This document shows, piece after piece, positions 39,035 to 56,995 of a stretch of DNA of 64,000 bases. This DNA is from Macrostomum lignano (Eukaryota): positions 1-64,000 of the forward strand of contig NIVC01003750.1 of the NCBI GenBank assembly GCA_002269645.1, written 5' to 3'. Under the pieces are notes generated by a model. It searched no databases. It was not told the DNA's origin and saw only the letters and a list, made by a program, of their open reading frames with translations. The translations under genes and the position numbers were made by a program. Each line of letters opens with the position of its first letter. Position 1 is the first letter of the stretch.

Positions 39035-39255
39035 TCTATGGCCAATGCCTCCAGTCGCTTGATGCGGCCGGAATAGCGAACTGTCTATGGCCAATGCCTC
39101 CAGTCGCTTGATGCGGCCGGAATAGCGAACTGTCTATGGCAAATGCCTCCAGTCGCATGATGCAGCCGGAATAGCGACTGTCTATGGCCAATGCCTCCAT
39201 GCAGTCGCTTGATGCGGCCGGAATAGCGAACTGTCTATGGCCAGTGCTTGATGCG
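39035..39255. repeat. ~49-bp tandem repeat x4 beginning GTCTATGG
   Basis: Direct observation. Confidence 0.85.
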
Positions 39256-39466
39256 GGACTTGGACGCATATAAAGCATATTTGCTCCATTTGCAGTCCAG
39301 AGGTTCATAATGTGATATATCAGTTACCATGCGTAGATAATAAAAACACTAGATGGGTCACTCGCCTATTTCATGAATAAGCTACTTTCAATTGGGCGTC
39401 TGTATAGAGTTTTTTGGATATATATTTGTGCACCAAGTAAAATTTTAATTTTATATTTAGATTATG

Positions 39467-40266
39467 ACTATAGCATTTTGCAGTCAAGTTTGAACTGCGG
39501 GCATTCAAATTAGACAAGAAGGGAAGAGCCAAATTTCAGAATCCGTCCCCAAGTCAAGCAGAACTTTATGTCTGTGGTACAAACTGAAACACACTGACGG
39601 GCACTCAATTTAGACAACGGGCATTCAAATTAGACAAGCAGCGGAAAGTCTGTGTGCCAGAGAGAAAGACCATGGACAATCCGATTCGTCGCTATGCAAG
39701 AATTTCCAGAGAGAAGCGTGACCTCATTATTGGGGCATGCCAACGTGGTGACTCTGTGGCTGAAATTGCCAACATGTTGGATGTCAAGAGATCATCAGTG
39801 TACAACATCTGGAACAAGTTTGTTCAGGATGGCCAGCGATACGCGCTACCAAGGGGAGGAGCCAGGCACCGTCGAATGAATCCTGCAATGAAGGACCATC
39901 TGGCCGCCTTGTTGAATGCCAACCCTCTGATGACACTCGGGCAAATGCGGGAATCGCTTCTTGTTCATTGATGTGCTGAGCACCCTGTTTTGTTTGTTCA
40001 CACATGCTTACTTTGTTATAACTTGTTCTTATCTTCATAGTTCAGGGTTCACAGAATGGTTGTCTGACAACAGACGCAACACGATCTTGAATTGCCCAGC
40101 CAATGCGCCTGAGAACTTGTCTAATTTGAATGCCCCTTGTCTAAATTGAGTGCCCACCAGTGTGATTTTGTCTAGGCCATAGATAGCATTTGTGCCAGCA
40201 GTGAGATCTGGTCAAGCGTCTAATTTGAATGCCCGCAGTTCAAACTTGACTGCAAAATGCTATAGT
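39467..40266 (+). mobile_element. 800-bp internally deleted Tc1/IS630-type DNA transposon
   Basis: ~50-bp outer TIRs (ACTATAGCATTTTGCAGTCAAGTTTGAACTGCGGGCATTCAAATTAGAC) and inner IRs 39594-39640/40117-40162; TA dinucleotides at the ends; retains the transposase N-terminus only. Confidence 0.85.
39672..39971 (+). pseudogene. Truncated transposase: paired-like HTH DNA-binding region, no DDE domain
   Basis: ISREKRDLIIGACQRGDSVAEIANMLDVKRSSVYNIWNKF...PRGGARHRR..NPLMTL, typical of Tc1/IS630-family N-termini. Confidence 0.75.
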
Positions 40267-41047
40267 AGCAATCAGCGCCCCCCGTTGGGGAGCCAAAAAA
40301 TGCAGTACAAGTTTATGAATATATTTGTCTTCAACTTGAATCTCCAATGTGAGAATCGATTGGTCTATGCGTCGTATTCTTTTATTTTTAGACCTTCTGA
40401 GCTTCTGAGCCATATGACTAGCCAATCCTAGCTTATCCTTTATAGTCTATGGCTCATAGACTAGGCTGGACGCAGCTAGGCCCTTCGTATTCAGCGTAGG
40501 CAGGATTCTCACTTTGGATGGCTTTTTATCACTTTGCTTATCCTTTATAGTCTATGGCCCATAGACTAAGGCTGCACGCAGCCAGGCCCTTCGCAGTCAG
40601 CGTAGGCAGGATTCTCACTTTGGATGGCTTTATTCTCAGTTAGGCTGACAAAACCAATACCCATGCTTTAAGGGCGTTAATGGGAAAATCAGAGGGCGCC
40701 GTTAGGCGCCCGAGGATTTCTCATTGTTTAGCAATTTGACGATCATTATTCGCATATTTTATGCAGAACAATAATTACTACAAACAATGCATTGTCTGTA
40801 GGATCGTCAAACAGAAAACTCGCCAGACAATCGTTGTCACTCACTGGGACCGCTGATTATTTATCCATTGTACCATGACCTTTGTGCCCGCTGGGCACTT
40901 ATTCTTGCCTTTTAATGCCATAGACTACATTTAAGCCCGCTTACACGAGTCAAACTTACTTACTTACTTACTACTGACGGGGGGCGCAGGCGCCGCGAAT
41001 AGGCCGCGAGGCCCCTATCGCAACCCCAAGGTAAAAGAGCACAAGGA

Positions 41048-46132
<5,085 letters not shown>

Positions 46133-47399
46133 TTAGCCAGCAGCCAACTACTTAGCAGCCACCTGCCCCGCAAAAAAGCAGCAGGGGGGATCCGTCCCCC
46201 ACCAGCAGACCAAGACGAGGAAGCTAGCCGCTTCCACGCCAGGCCAGAACGAAAAGGAGGGGGAAGAGCCTCCTCGAAAAACGAAAAGCTGGCGGATGTC
46301 ACAGAGTCCCTCGGTTTAAGTTGCCGTTTGCCCCCCACGAGTCAAACTTACTTTAAGTATCAGATTAAACATGCCTTTTGAGGGAGTTATTTGTATAAAT
46401 CACGAGGGCCTGAGGCCCGAGGGATTTATGAAAATAACTCCCGAAAAAGGCATGTGTAATCTCGTATAAACCATAGACATAAATACTTTATGGGATATTA
46501 TTGAATATTACCAAATAAAATCCCGGAGAACGCAAATATTGTCACGGAAAGTCTTTATTTCTATGGATTATTGTCATTTAACGCCCGATTGTCTATTTGA
46601 AACTTACTCTAATGCAAATTAGCGGGCAGTAAATGTCATTAACTGCCCGCCAATTTTGTCCCACTTTGTCAAGGACACAAATGTCTATGGCACAATAATA
46701 GTACTACCCATGCTTTGCGGGCGTTAATAGTACATTAATACCCATGCTTTGCGGGCGTTAATGAGAAATCAGAGGGCGCCTAACGGCAGATCCGGGAAGA
46801 GTGGGTGAGTTCTACCACCCTAATTATTGTGTCATAGACATTTGTGTCCTTGACAAAGTGGGACAAAATTGGCGGGCAGTTAATGACATTTACTGCCCGC
46901 TAATTTGCATTAAAGTAAGTTTGGCATAGATAATCGGGCGTTTAATGTCATTAACTGCCCGCTAATTTACATTAACTGCCCGCTAATTTGCATTAACTGC
47001 CCGCTAATTTGCATTAGAGTAAGTTTCAAATTGACAATCGGGCGTTAAATGACATTAACTGCCCGCTAATTTGCATTAGAGTAAGTTTCAAATAGACAAT
47101 CGGGCGTTAATGTCATTACCACGCTCGCGCTATCGCGCTCGCGCGCTAATAACATTAACACTCAAAAATAGTGCAGAAGAATATATCATTAACTGCCCGC
47201 TAATTTGAATTAAAGTAAGTTTGACTCCTGCAAGCGGGCTTAAATGTAGTCTATGGCATTAAAAGGCAGGAATAAGTGCCCAGCGGGCACAAAGGTCATG
47301 GTACAATGGGAGATTATACATACGGTACTAGAGGTACAGTGTAAACAATAAGCAAAATCACGAGTGGCGTAGCGAGTTCATTGGATCTGGTTCCGTCAG

Positions 47400-48255
47400 A
47401 AAACAATATCCCCCAATCGAGGATGGTGACCTAGATCGACTGCGGAAATACTTTGACAGAAGCACAGCAGAGCGTCTCCAGGATGAAGTGATTTTTGTGT
47501 GACTCTATACGTTGGGTGAACGCGGCCAAGAGCACCTAAAGTTTCTCAAGAAGAAGGGTACTTTGGTAGAAGGAGTTGACGCTGATGGCGAAGCATATCT
47601 TGGCCTGCCGGATCTGCCAACGAAGAATCAATCGACTGAACCGACACGTGCTAAGAATAATATTACAAAGCAAGCTCTTCTCTATGGACAGCAGCGAGAG
47701 CTTGTAGTCTTCTACCGGAGAGCACAAAGGATTCATCCTTCTTTCCACGACCATTGACCAATGATGGAAGCGGTAACCTTCGGTATTCGGCCAATCAAGT
47801 TCGAGGCATTAACTGGTTAGCCAACTTCATGCGTCATCTGTGCCAAGTCTGCCATTTGTCCAAAGCGTAATACTAACCATTGTATTAGAGTAACGCGCAT
47901 CGCAGATCTGCACGAATGTGGACACAACCTGGACGACATTATGACTATTACAGGGCAGAGGGCCAAGTCGACCGTCCGGCGTTACCTGTCTAGAAGGCGT
48001 GATCGGTCTATTAAACTAGTTTCGACGTCCATCAGTAAGGCGCTTGACCGAACGATTGCAACTACATCACATTCTAATCCCGATGTCAATGTTTCGACCG
48101 GAGCTTCCGTAGCTGCTGTCGTGGACGTGGGTGATGCTGCTGATACATATGAGATCGTGCAGATGACAACTAAGGACCGTGACGAGAAAACAAGCATCAT
48201 TCTCAATTTCAACGGCAAATTTGATAATTTCACGTTTCAAATCAAGGGGACGTAA
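47400..48255 (+). pseudogene. Decayed Crypton-type tyrosine recombinase (DUF3504-like)
   Basis: Across frames: YPPIEDGDLDRLRKYFDRSTAERLQDEVIFV*LYTLGERGQEHL..D.DG..Y...TKNQ; PRP..RY..RGINWLANFM..LSK; TNHCIRVT..LHECGH...IMTITGQRAKSTVRRY. This gives the R...HxxR...(H>Q)...Y catalytic pattern, with one stop and at least two frameshifts. Confidence 0.82.
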
Positions 48256-48924
48256 GTCACGGGAAAAGATATGTGATTTGATAAATGCTGATGTGTCATA
48301 ACAATTAGCTAATTGCTTTTAATGCTTCACTACACACATTTAAAAATGCATTCTATGTTTTTTCTATGCTTGGTTTTGTTAAAATGTGTGCTTAAATGCG
48401 TATTCTGTTTCTCTGTGCTCAATTTGGTGACATGTGTGTGCAAAGTGCATATTCTACGTTTTTCTATGCTCTCAATTTGTTTAAATGTATGTAAAAATGC
48501 GTATTCTACGTTTTTCCACGCTCAATTTTTTAACGCACAGTTTGTGTAAAAATGCGTATTTAGTCCATCTATGCTTTTGTTTTGTTCATCCATGTATTTG
48601 TTAGCGCATGTGTTAAAATGCGTAGCTTTCCTATGATTTTCTATTCCTAATGTTTTTCATGCATTGAACGTTTAGTACAATACGTATAAAATAAATTGTC
48701 TATGGCAAAATTTTCAATCATCGTTAAACAATCAATCTTTGACTGAAGCGTTGTTAGTATGGTAAACCATAGTAACAATATAATCCCAAACAGCAGAATC
48801 TTTTTTCTACTAAAGGCGTGAAGGCGTAAGAGCCGTTTCTGTGGTAGCTAAATCCGTTTTTGACAACAAACGAAACCACTGCACAAAAACATTCTACTGT
48901 GGATCATCTTACACTGTCAATAAC

Positions 48925-50037
48925 ATGACGGCGCAACGAACTCTCGGTGGGATGAGCACCATTTGCCTGTGGTTCGCTCTGGCAGCGCTTCTGACCTACG
49001 TAGCATACACTGCAGTGTCTCGAGAGCGTAGCAACATTGTCAAACTGTCCGAGATCAAGGCGGACAAACTAGATCCAGTGGAGAAAAAGTGCCCAGCTTA
49101 TCAGGAGCTCCGTCGGATCGATTTTCTAAGTCCTTTTTTGCGCCACCAGCTGTGCCGAGGCACGGAGGCCTACAAACGGTCAAAGAATGGATTCCCTATT
49201 TGCGAGTTGAAAACACCGCCTCCGGAGAAGCTGCTCGGCATCGTGCGACAGAAAAGTGAGATTATCCCCATGGTTAACATTCGCGGCGCAAAAACACCCA
49301 TCAGGGGTTACAACGGCGAAGATTTGATTTCGGATGCAATCCGGAAGAACAAAGCCTGGGAGCCAGAGTTAGCCCGGATTATCTTAAAGATTGCCCAGCA
49401 GATACCACGCGTAACTTTCTTGGACATCGGTAGCAATATCGGGGTGTACACTGTTCAGGCTGCACAGCTGGGTTTACCAACGCTAGCTCTGGATGCCAAC
49501 ATCCGCAACCTGTTGAGGCTGCATCTTACCCTACAAGCTTTATCACTAAAGGCTACTCTCATTTGGAACTTCATTGGAAACAACCAGCAGCTCCAGTATC
49601 TTAAATTCCCTAAGGAATCCAACGTTGGTGCCGGCAGAAAGAGTTTGATGAACGATGGTTCAGAGGAAAACTGGCTTAATGACACGATTCCCATCATGCC
49701 GATTCGCAGCGAAAAGCTTAGCCGCCTAATCAAGACTAAGGATGTCGTAATGAAGATGGACATTGAGAAAGGGGAAGCTACTTTTTTGGAGTCGTCAGGC
49801 AGTCTGTTCAACGAGTTCAAAATTTGGGCGGTACAAATGGAGTGGCAGGGTAGCTTGTCAACGGAGCAAGACAGGATGAAGATTTTGGATTTCTTCACAA
49901 AAAGAGGTTACACTGCATGGAAAAGCCCAAATGTTCAGCGCCTTGTTTCTTCTCAGTGGAAGACCTGGGGCGACATGATCGACATTCTTTGGCTGCACAG
50001 CGACTTTCAGCTAAAGCTGCTGGCTCTGAAGAAATGA
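48925..50037 (+). CDS. Intronless FkbM-family SAM-dependent methyltransferase with N-terminal membrane anchor (370 aa)
   Basis: TM ICLWFALAALLTYVAYTAV; motif FLDIGSNIGVYT; VMKMDIEKGE (FkbM K.D.EG.E-like); uninterrupted ORF. Confidence 0.8.
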   Translation: MTAQRTLGGMSTICLWFALAALLTYVAYTAVSRERSNIVKLSEIKADKLDPVEKKCPAYQELRRIDFLSPFLRHQLCRGTEAYKRSKNGFPICELKTPPPEKLLGIVRQKSEIIPMVNIRGAKTPIRGYNGEDLISDAIRKNKAWEPELARIILKIAQQIPRVTFLDIGSNIGVYTVQAAQLGLPTLALDANIRNLLRLHLTLQALSLKATLIWNFIGNNQQLQYLKFPKESNVGAGRKSLMNDGSEENWLNDTIPIMPIRSEKLSRLIKTKDVVMKMDIEKGEATFLESSGSLFNEFKIWAVQMEWQGSLSTEQDRMKILDFFTKRGYTAWKSPNVQRLVSSQWKTWGDMIDILWLHSDFQLKLLALKK

Positions 50038-51414
50038 GGCATTGCCACCCATTCCGCTAACTCCTGGCAAAATGAGTCGTCACTGTTGTAGCCTTTTATA
50101 GCTTACAAAATTGCCTGCTCAAATAAATGAGCAGGCAAATACCTTGAATGATATTCCAACTTTGATATTATTGTGTTTATTACATGGATTTATTACAAAG
50201 TGAGATCGAAACAAGTTTTTGAGGAAGAGTTGATGTTCCAGACTCTCGTTTAAAATAAACTTTAAATCTACAAGCGTTTTTTTTGTCTTGACACACCACG
50301 ATGAAACTCGTATACTGAGTGTAAAAACTCTATCATAACTATACCCAAAAATAGTCAAAAGTTCCACCCACCAAGCAAGATACTCGTATTTTTACTCACC
50401 TTTTACTGTGCATTTTAAATGACACGTTTTCTCTCTAACTACGCGTGATCTGTACAGGTGGAACTTTTGACTGTTTGCTGAGTATATTATTTATGTATAT
50501 GTATATGTATATGTATATTGAGTTGCAATAATCTTAAGAAAAGATGCGTTGCCAACCGGGCCCGTCCCCCGAACGAAGGCGTCAGCTCTAGTACACCGCA
50601 GTAAAGAAGATTACAGTAGCTCGTAAGTATGCAAGCAATCAGAGGCAAAGCCAATGAGGACAACATGTGAGGGGTGATAAAATATTGTAATATTTAGTAT
50701 TTAGTATCTGTGTCAGTTACGAGCGTCAGGGCTAAAAAGAGCTGAAAAGTTACTTTGCGCCTTGCTGATACTCGTACATTTTGCAGCAGCAAAAATCTGC
50801 CTTCAGTGAAGATTTCACTTTGCCAACCCCAAACTACTTATAGTAGACTAAATCAGTGGTGTGTTAGTTATTCATTGGAAAAAAACTAAAAAATGCTAAA
50901 TACGATTTCGGGTGATAAATTGACTCTAAAATGCCGAGACAATGTTGCATATTTGGCAATATCTATTTTAGATTGCACTGGCAGTATTATTCAATATTCA
51001 CACTCAACCCATGAGATATTTTTACATCCTAATTGGTTTTCTCAATTGATAGTATTGCTAGATTCGAAATACACAACTTTGTCGACAGATTTTAACGGTC
51101 AATTTAAGTTTTCTGCGCATGGTATTCATATTAATGATAGCAGCGAAATGTTAATCAATAATTAATCTCTGCCTATAAAAATGAAATAATAGTTTTATGT
51201 ATAACAATACGGCTCAGCATGAACAAAATGATATTTCAATATTATTCTGTATTTTCTGCGCTAAACAGCTGCCTGAGATCTCACGCGATGTTATTCAGTT
51301 CAAGAATGCAGATTTTCCTGCCTTGTTTATCGTTCATTTTGCAATGAATGAAATAAATTTTGCATCAAGAATGGCGCCTGGCCAACTTGGCTTTTAAATA
51401 AGATTGTCGTAACA

Positions 51415-54285
51415 CTGTCTACCAGGTGACACTCCTGTCTAACAGGTGACACTCCTGTCTAACAGGTGACACTCCTGTCTAACAGGTGACATCCTGTCTA
51501 CCAGGTGACACTCCTGTCTAACAGGTGACACTCCTGTCTAACAGGTGACATCCTGTCTAACAGGTGACACTCCTGTCTAACAGGTGACACTCCTGTCTAA
51601 CAGGTGACACTCCTGTCTAACAGGTGACACTCCTGTCTAACAGGTGACACTCCTGTCTAACAGGTGACACTCCTGTCTAACAGGTGACATCCTGTCTAAC
51701 AGGTGAAACTCCTGTCTAACAGGTGACATCCTGTCTAACATGTGACACTCCTGTCTAACAGGTGACACTCCTGTCTAACAGTTGACACTCTTGTCTACCA
51801 GGTGACACTCCTGTCTAACAGGTGACACTCCTGTCTAACAGGTGACACTCCTGTCTAACAGGGGACACTCCTGTCTAACAGTTGACACTCCTGTCTAACA
51901 GGTGACACTCCTGTCTAACATTTGACACTCTTGTCTACCAGGTGACACTCCTGTCTACCAGGTGACACTCCTGTCTAACAGGTGACATCCTGTCTAACAG
52001 TTGACACTCCTGTCTAACAGGTGACACTTCTGTCTAACAGCTGACATCCTGTCTAACAGGGGACACTCCTGTCTAACAGGGGACACTCCTGTCTAACAGG
52101 TGACACTCCTGTCTAACAGGTGACATCCTGTCTACCAGGTGACACTCCTGTCTAACAGGTGACACTCCTGTCTAACAGGTGACATCCTGTCTAACAGGTG
52201 ACACTCCTGTCTAACAGGTGACATCCTGTCTAACAGGTGACACTCCTGTCTAACAGGTGACACTCCTGTCTAACAGGTGACACTCCTGTCTAACAGGTGA
52301 CACTCCTGTCTAACAGGTGACACTCCTGTCTAACAGGTGACACTACTGTCTAACAGGTGACACAGCTCCTGTCTAACAGGTGACACTCCTGTCTAACAGG
52401 TGACACTCCTGTCTAACAGGTGACACTACTGTCTAACAGGTGACACAGCTCCTGTCTAACAGGTGACACTCCTGTCTAACAGGTGACATCCTGTCTAACA
52501 GGTGACACTCCTGTTTAACAGGTGACACTCCTGTCTAACAGGTGACACTCCTGTCTAACAGGTGACACTCCTGTCTAACAGGTGACACTACTGTCTAACA
52601 GGTGACACAGCTCCTGTCTAACAGGTGACACTCCTGTCTAACAGTTGACACTCCTGTCTAACAGGTGACACTCCTGTATAACAGGTGACACAGCTCCTGT
52701 CTAACAGGTGACACTCCTGTCTAACAGGTGACACTACTGTCTAACAGGTGACACAGCTCCTGTCTAACAGGTGACACTCCTGTCTAACAGGTGACACTCC
52801 TGTCTAACAGGTGACACTCCTGTCTAACAGTTGACACTCTTGTCTACCAGGTGACACTCCTGTCTAACAGGTGACATCCTGTCTAACAGTTGACACTCCT
52901 GTCTAACAGGTGACACTTCTGTCTAACAGCTGACATCCTGTCTAACAGGGGACACTCCTGTCTAACAGGGGACACTCCTGTCTAACAGGGGACACTCCTG
53001 TCTAACAGGGGACACTCCTGTCTAACAGGGGACACTCCTGTCTAACAGGGGACACTCCTGTCTAACAGTTGACACTCCTGTCTAACAGGTGACACTCCTG
53101 TCTAACAGTTGACACTCTTGTCTAACAGGTGACACTCCTGTCTAACAGGTGACACTCCTGTCTACCAGGTGACACTCCTGTCTAACAGGTGACATCCTGT
53201 CTAACAGGTGACACTCCTGTCTAACAGGTGACACTCCTGTATAACAGGTGACACAGCTCCTGTCTAACAGGTGACACTCTTGTCTAACAGGTGACACAGC
53301 TCCTGTCTAACAGGTGACACTCCTGTCTAACAGGTGACACTACTGTCTAACAGGTGACACAGCTCCTGTCTAACAGGTGACACTCCTGTCTAACAGGTGA
53401 CACTCCTGTCTAACAGGTGACACTCCTGTCTAACAGGTGACACTCCTGTCTAACAGGTGACACTCCTGTCTAACAGGTGACACTCCTGTCTAACAGGTGA
53501 CACTACTGTCTAACAGGTGACACAGCTCCTGTCTAACAGGTGACACTCCTGTCTAACAGGTGACACTCCTGTCTAACAGGTGACACTACTGTCTAACAGG
53601 TGACACAGCTCCTGTCTAACAGGTGACACTCCTGTCTAACAGGTGACATCCTGTCTAACAGGTGACACTCCTGTTTAACAGGTGACACTCCTGTCTAACA
53701 GGTGACACTACTGTCTAACAGGTGACACAGCTCCTGTCTAACAGGTGACACTCCTGTCTAACAGGTGACACAGCTCCTGTCTAACAGGTGACACTCCTGT
53801 CTAACAGGTGACACTCCTGTCTAACAGGTGACACTCCTGTCTAACAGGTGACACTCCTGTCTAACAGGTGACACTCCTGTCTAACAGGTGACACTCCTGT
53901 CTAACAGGTGACACTCCTGTATAACAGGTGACACTCCTGTCTAACAGGTGACACTACTGTCTAACAGGTGACACAGCTCCTGTCTAACAGGTGACACTCC
54001 TGTCTAACAGGTGACACTCCTGTCTAACAGGTGACACTACTGTCTAACAGGTGACACAGCTCCTGTCTAACAGGTGACACTCCTGTCTAACAGGTGACAC
54101 TCCTGTCTAACAGGTGACACTCCTGTTTAACAGGTGACACTCCTGTCTAACAGGTGACACTACTGTCTAACAGGTGACACAGCTCCTGTCTAACAGGTGA
54201 CACTCCTGTCTAACAGGTGACACTACTGTCTAACAGGTGACACAGCTCCTGTCTAACAGGTGACACTCCTGTCTAACAAGCGCCT
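51415..54285. repeat. 2.9-kb 20-bp minisatellite (CAGGTGACACTCCTGTCTAA)n with 18- and 23-bp variants
   Basis: About 140 copies; each unit has an ACAGG/CCTGT mini-stem. Confidence 0.97.
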
Positions 54286-54405
54286 TCTAGCTGCTGTCTT
54301 TAGCATGTTGCACATCTAGCATATTGGAAACTGGCAGGCCAAGAGCATTGCCAAGTCAAAGCTAGTTAAGTGTATATGAGAAACAACGCATGTTCAGCGC
54401 CCCTG

Positions 54406-55014
54406 TTATTTAGCTGCCATCGGCGGGGCTCCCCGGCCCAGCATAAACCGGATGGACTTCCGGCCGGCCGCCTCCGCCGCAGCCTCGGCCGCCGCCGCCT
54501 CCAGATGGCGACGTCTCAACCTTCGCTCGTGCTCGCACCGAGCCGTGACGTAATCCAGCGGCATGTAGTGCTCGAACTCGGAGCCGTTCACGTACAGCAG
54601 CAGGTTCCACTCGCCTGTCCGGTAGTATGTCCGGATGATCCGCCTGCGCCGCTCCGTGAGCTGGAACGGGACTCGATCCCGGTACACCCAGTAGCTGACG
54701 ATGTCGCCGGAGATGACGCTGAAGGCGGCCACCAGCTCGTACTTGCGCCGCTGCCCGCCAGCGGCACCGAGGGAGGTCGCAGTCGGCCGCTTGTTGATTT
54801 TCTGCTCAAAGTGACGGCGCAGCAGCTCGCGGCAGTCCGCGTCCATCAGGGCCGCGGCGGCCATGGTGGCTGGTGGCAGCCGGATCGGGAAGTGCAGCGG
54901 CTGCGACCTGGCTGTCTGGCGCTTCTGCTGATGAGGCAGCTGCTGCTGCTGGCTGCTGCTCGAGTTCGACGACTCGTGGCCTGAAGGAGTTTGAGACTCA
55001 TTTGAGGACACGGT
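54406..55014 (-). CDS. Terminal coding exon of an unidentified gene
   Basis: GC-rich open frame with a globular-looking core (MDADCRELLRRHFEQKI..YELVAAFSVISGDIVSYWVYRDRVPF..TYYRTGEWNLLLYVNGSEFEHY); CAG acceptor at 55015-55017; TAA stop. Confidence 0.65.
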   Translation of the reverse strand, partial: TVSSNESQTPSGHESSNSSSSQQQQLPHQQKRQTARSQPLHFPIRLPPATMAAAALMDADCRELLRRHFEQKINKRPTATSLGAAGGQRRKYELVAAFSVISGDIVSYWVYRDRVPFQLTERRRRIIRTYYRTGEWNLLLYVNGSEFEHYMPLDYVTARCEHERRLRRRHLEAAAAEAAAEAAGRKSIRFMLGRGAPPMAAK

Positions 55015-55039
55015 CTGATGAGGCTTAATGACATGATTC

Positions 55040-55440
55040 TGAGCACCCAACACCCTCACCTCAAGGACTAGCTCACTCCTGACAGAGATGATTCTGAGCA
55101 CCCAACACCCTCACCTCAGGGACTCACTCCTGACAGAGATGATTCTGAGCACCCAACACTCTCACCTCAGGGACTCACTCCCGACTGAGATGACTCTGAG
55201 CACCCAACACCCTCACCTCAGGGACTCACTCCTGACAGAGATGATTCTGAGCACCCAACACCTTCACCTAAGGGACTCACTCTTGACAGAGATGATTCCG
55301 AGCACCCAACACTCTCACCTCAGGGACTCACTCCTGACAGAGATGATTCTGAGCACCCAACACCTTCACCTAAGGGACTCACTCCTGACAGAGATCACTC
55401 TGACTCCTCAACACCCTAACCTCAGGGACTCACTCCTGAG
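55040..55440. repeat. 51-bp minisatellite
   Basis: Period of 51 at 55081/55132. Confidence 0.9.
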
Positions 55441-56004
55441 AGATTATTCTGGGCCTCCAGAGCCTTACAGTCAGACTCTCGATCCCCACACATGATGTGA
55501 TTTTAAGCCGCACAAAACAGACTCACTTCTGCTCACCTGGAACTTCCCAGAGCTAATTAGTGAGCAGGAAGTTTTCTGTTGGTTTTACTTCGGTACCCAG
55601 GCGGCCAATTCTTTCTGCTTCAAAGCTACTATTAAAAAAGAGTCTTCTACTGTCCCAGCAAACTTTTTAGACTTCTTCAGCAACGCGTTTCAGGCAAGCG
55701 GCCAGCTGAGTTGCTTCAGTGCTGGGAAATTGCTCAGCAAGACAGACATTGCGGGGGCACACTTTTAGCCAACTACTAAGCGAATCATTTTGCCCCAATA
55801 GCGTTTGAGCTCTCGGAGCTGCGCCACAAATTCTGGCCTGCGAGTTCCAAGAAGCTTTTATTGATTGTTCAATAGCAAATGGCTTGCAGAACTTTGTCTC
55901 CTGAGCACATTTGAATGTACTTTTAATCCTCATTTCTTTATCAGCTCTGCAATTTACTACTGGGGTCATAGCATACCCCAAATGAATGGCACGTCTCATA
56001 GCCG

Positions 56005-56730
56005 AGCTCAGAGACCCGCTCATAGCTCAGAGACCAGCTCATAGCTCAGAGACCAGCTCATAGCTCAGAGACCAGCTCACAGCTCAGAGACCAGCTCACA
56101 GCTCAGAGACCAGCTCACAGCTCAGAGACCAGCTCACAAGTCAGAGACCATCTCACAGCTCAGAGACCAGCTCACAGCTCAGAGACCATCTCACAGCTCA
56201 GAGACCAGCTCACAGCTCAGAGACCAGCTCACAGCTCAGAGACCAGCTCACAGCTCAGAGACCAGCTCACAGCTCAGAGACCAGCTCACAGCTCAGGGAC
56301 CAGCTCAGAGACCAGCTCACAGCTCAGAGACCATCTCACAGCTAAGAGACCAGCTCACAGCTCAGAGACCAGCTCACAGCTCAGAGACCAGCTCACAGCT
56401 CAGAGACCAGCTCACAGCTCAGAGACCAGCTCACAGCTCAGAGACCAGCTCACAGCTCAGAGACCAGCTCACAGCTCAGAGACCAGCTCACAGCTCAGAG
56501 ACCAGCTCAGAGACCAGCTCACAGCTCAGAGACCAGCTCAGAGACCAGCTCACAGCTCAGAGACCAGCTCAGAGACCAGCTCACAGCTCAGAGACCAGCT
56601 CAGAGACCAGCTCACAGCTCAGAGACCAGCTCAGAGACCAGCTCTCAGCTCAGAGACCAGTTTAGAGACCAGCTCAGAGACCAGCTCTCAGCTCAGAGAC
56701 CAGCTCAGAGACCAGCTCAGAGACCAGCTC
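56005..56730. repeat. 12/19-bp minisatellite (AGCTCAGAGACCAGCTCAC)n
   Basis: Direct observation. Confidence 0.95.
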
Positions 56731-56995
56731 ATATTGCAGGTCATCAGCAGCATAAGCGGCTCACCGCAGTGGTTCACGCTGGTGTGCTCAACAGTGAGAA
56801 GGGCATCCTCCATTGGCCAGGCGAACGAAGCTGGAGCCTCTCTCAGTCTGCAGTTGATAACCTGGTGGCTGCACATGACCTATCAAACGCATCAGGCGCA
56901 GTTCCGCAACTGAACAGGGCGGGTAAACAGCTTTATTGTTTGGCCGTGCAGAAGGCGGGAGAGAGGCGGCTGCTGCGGGTCGGTACTAACGGCTG

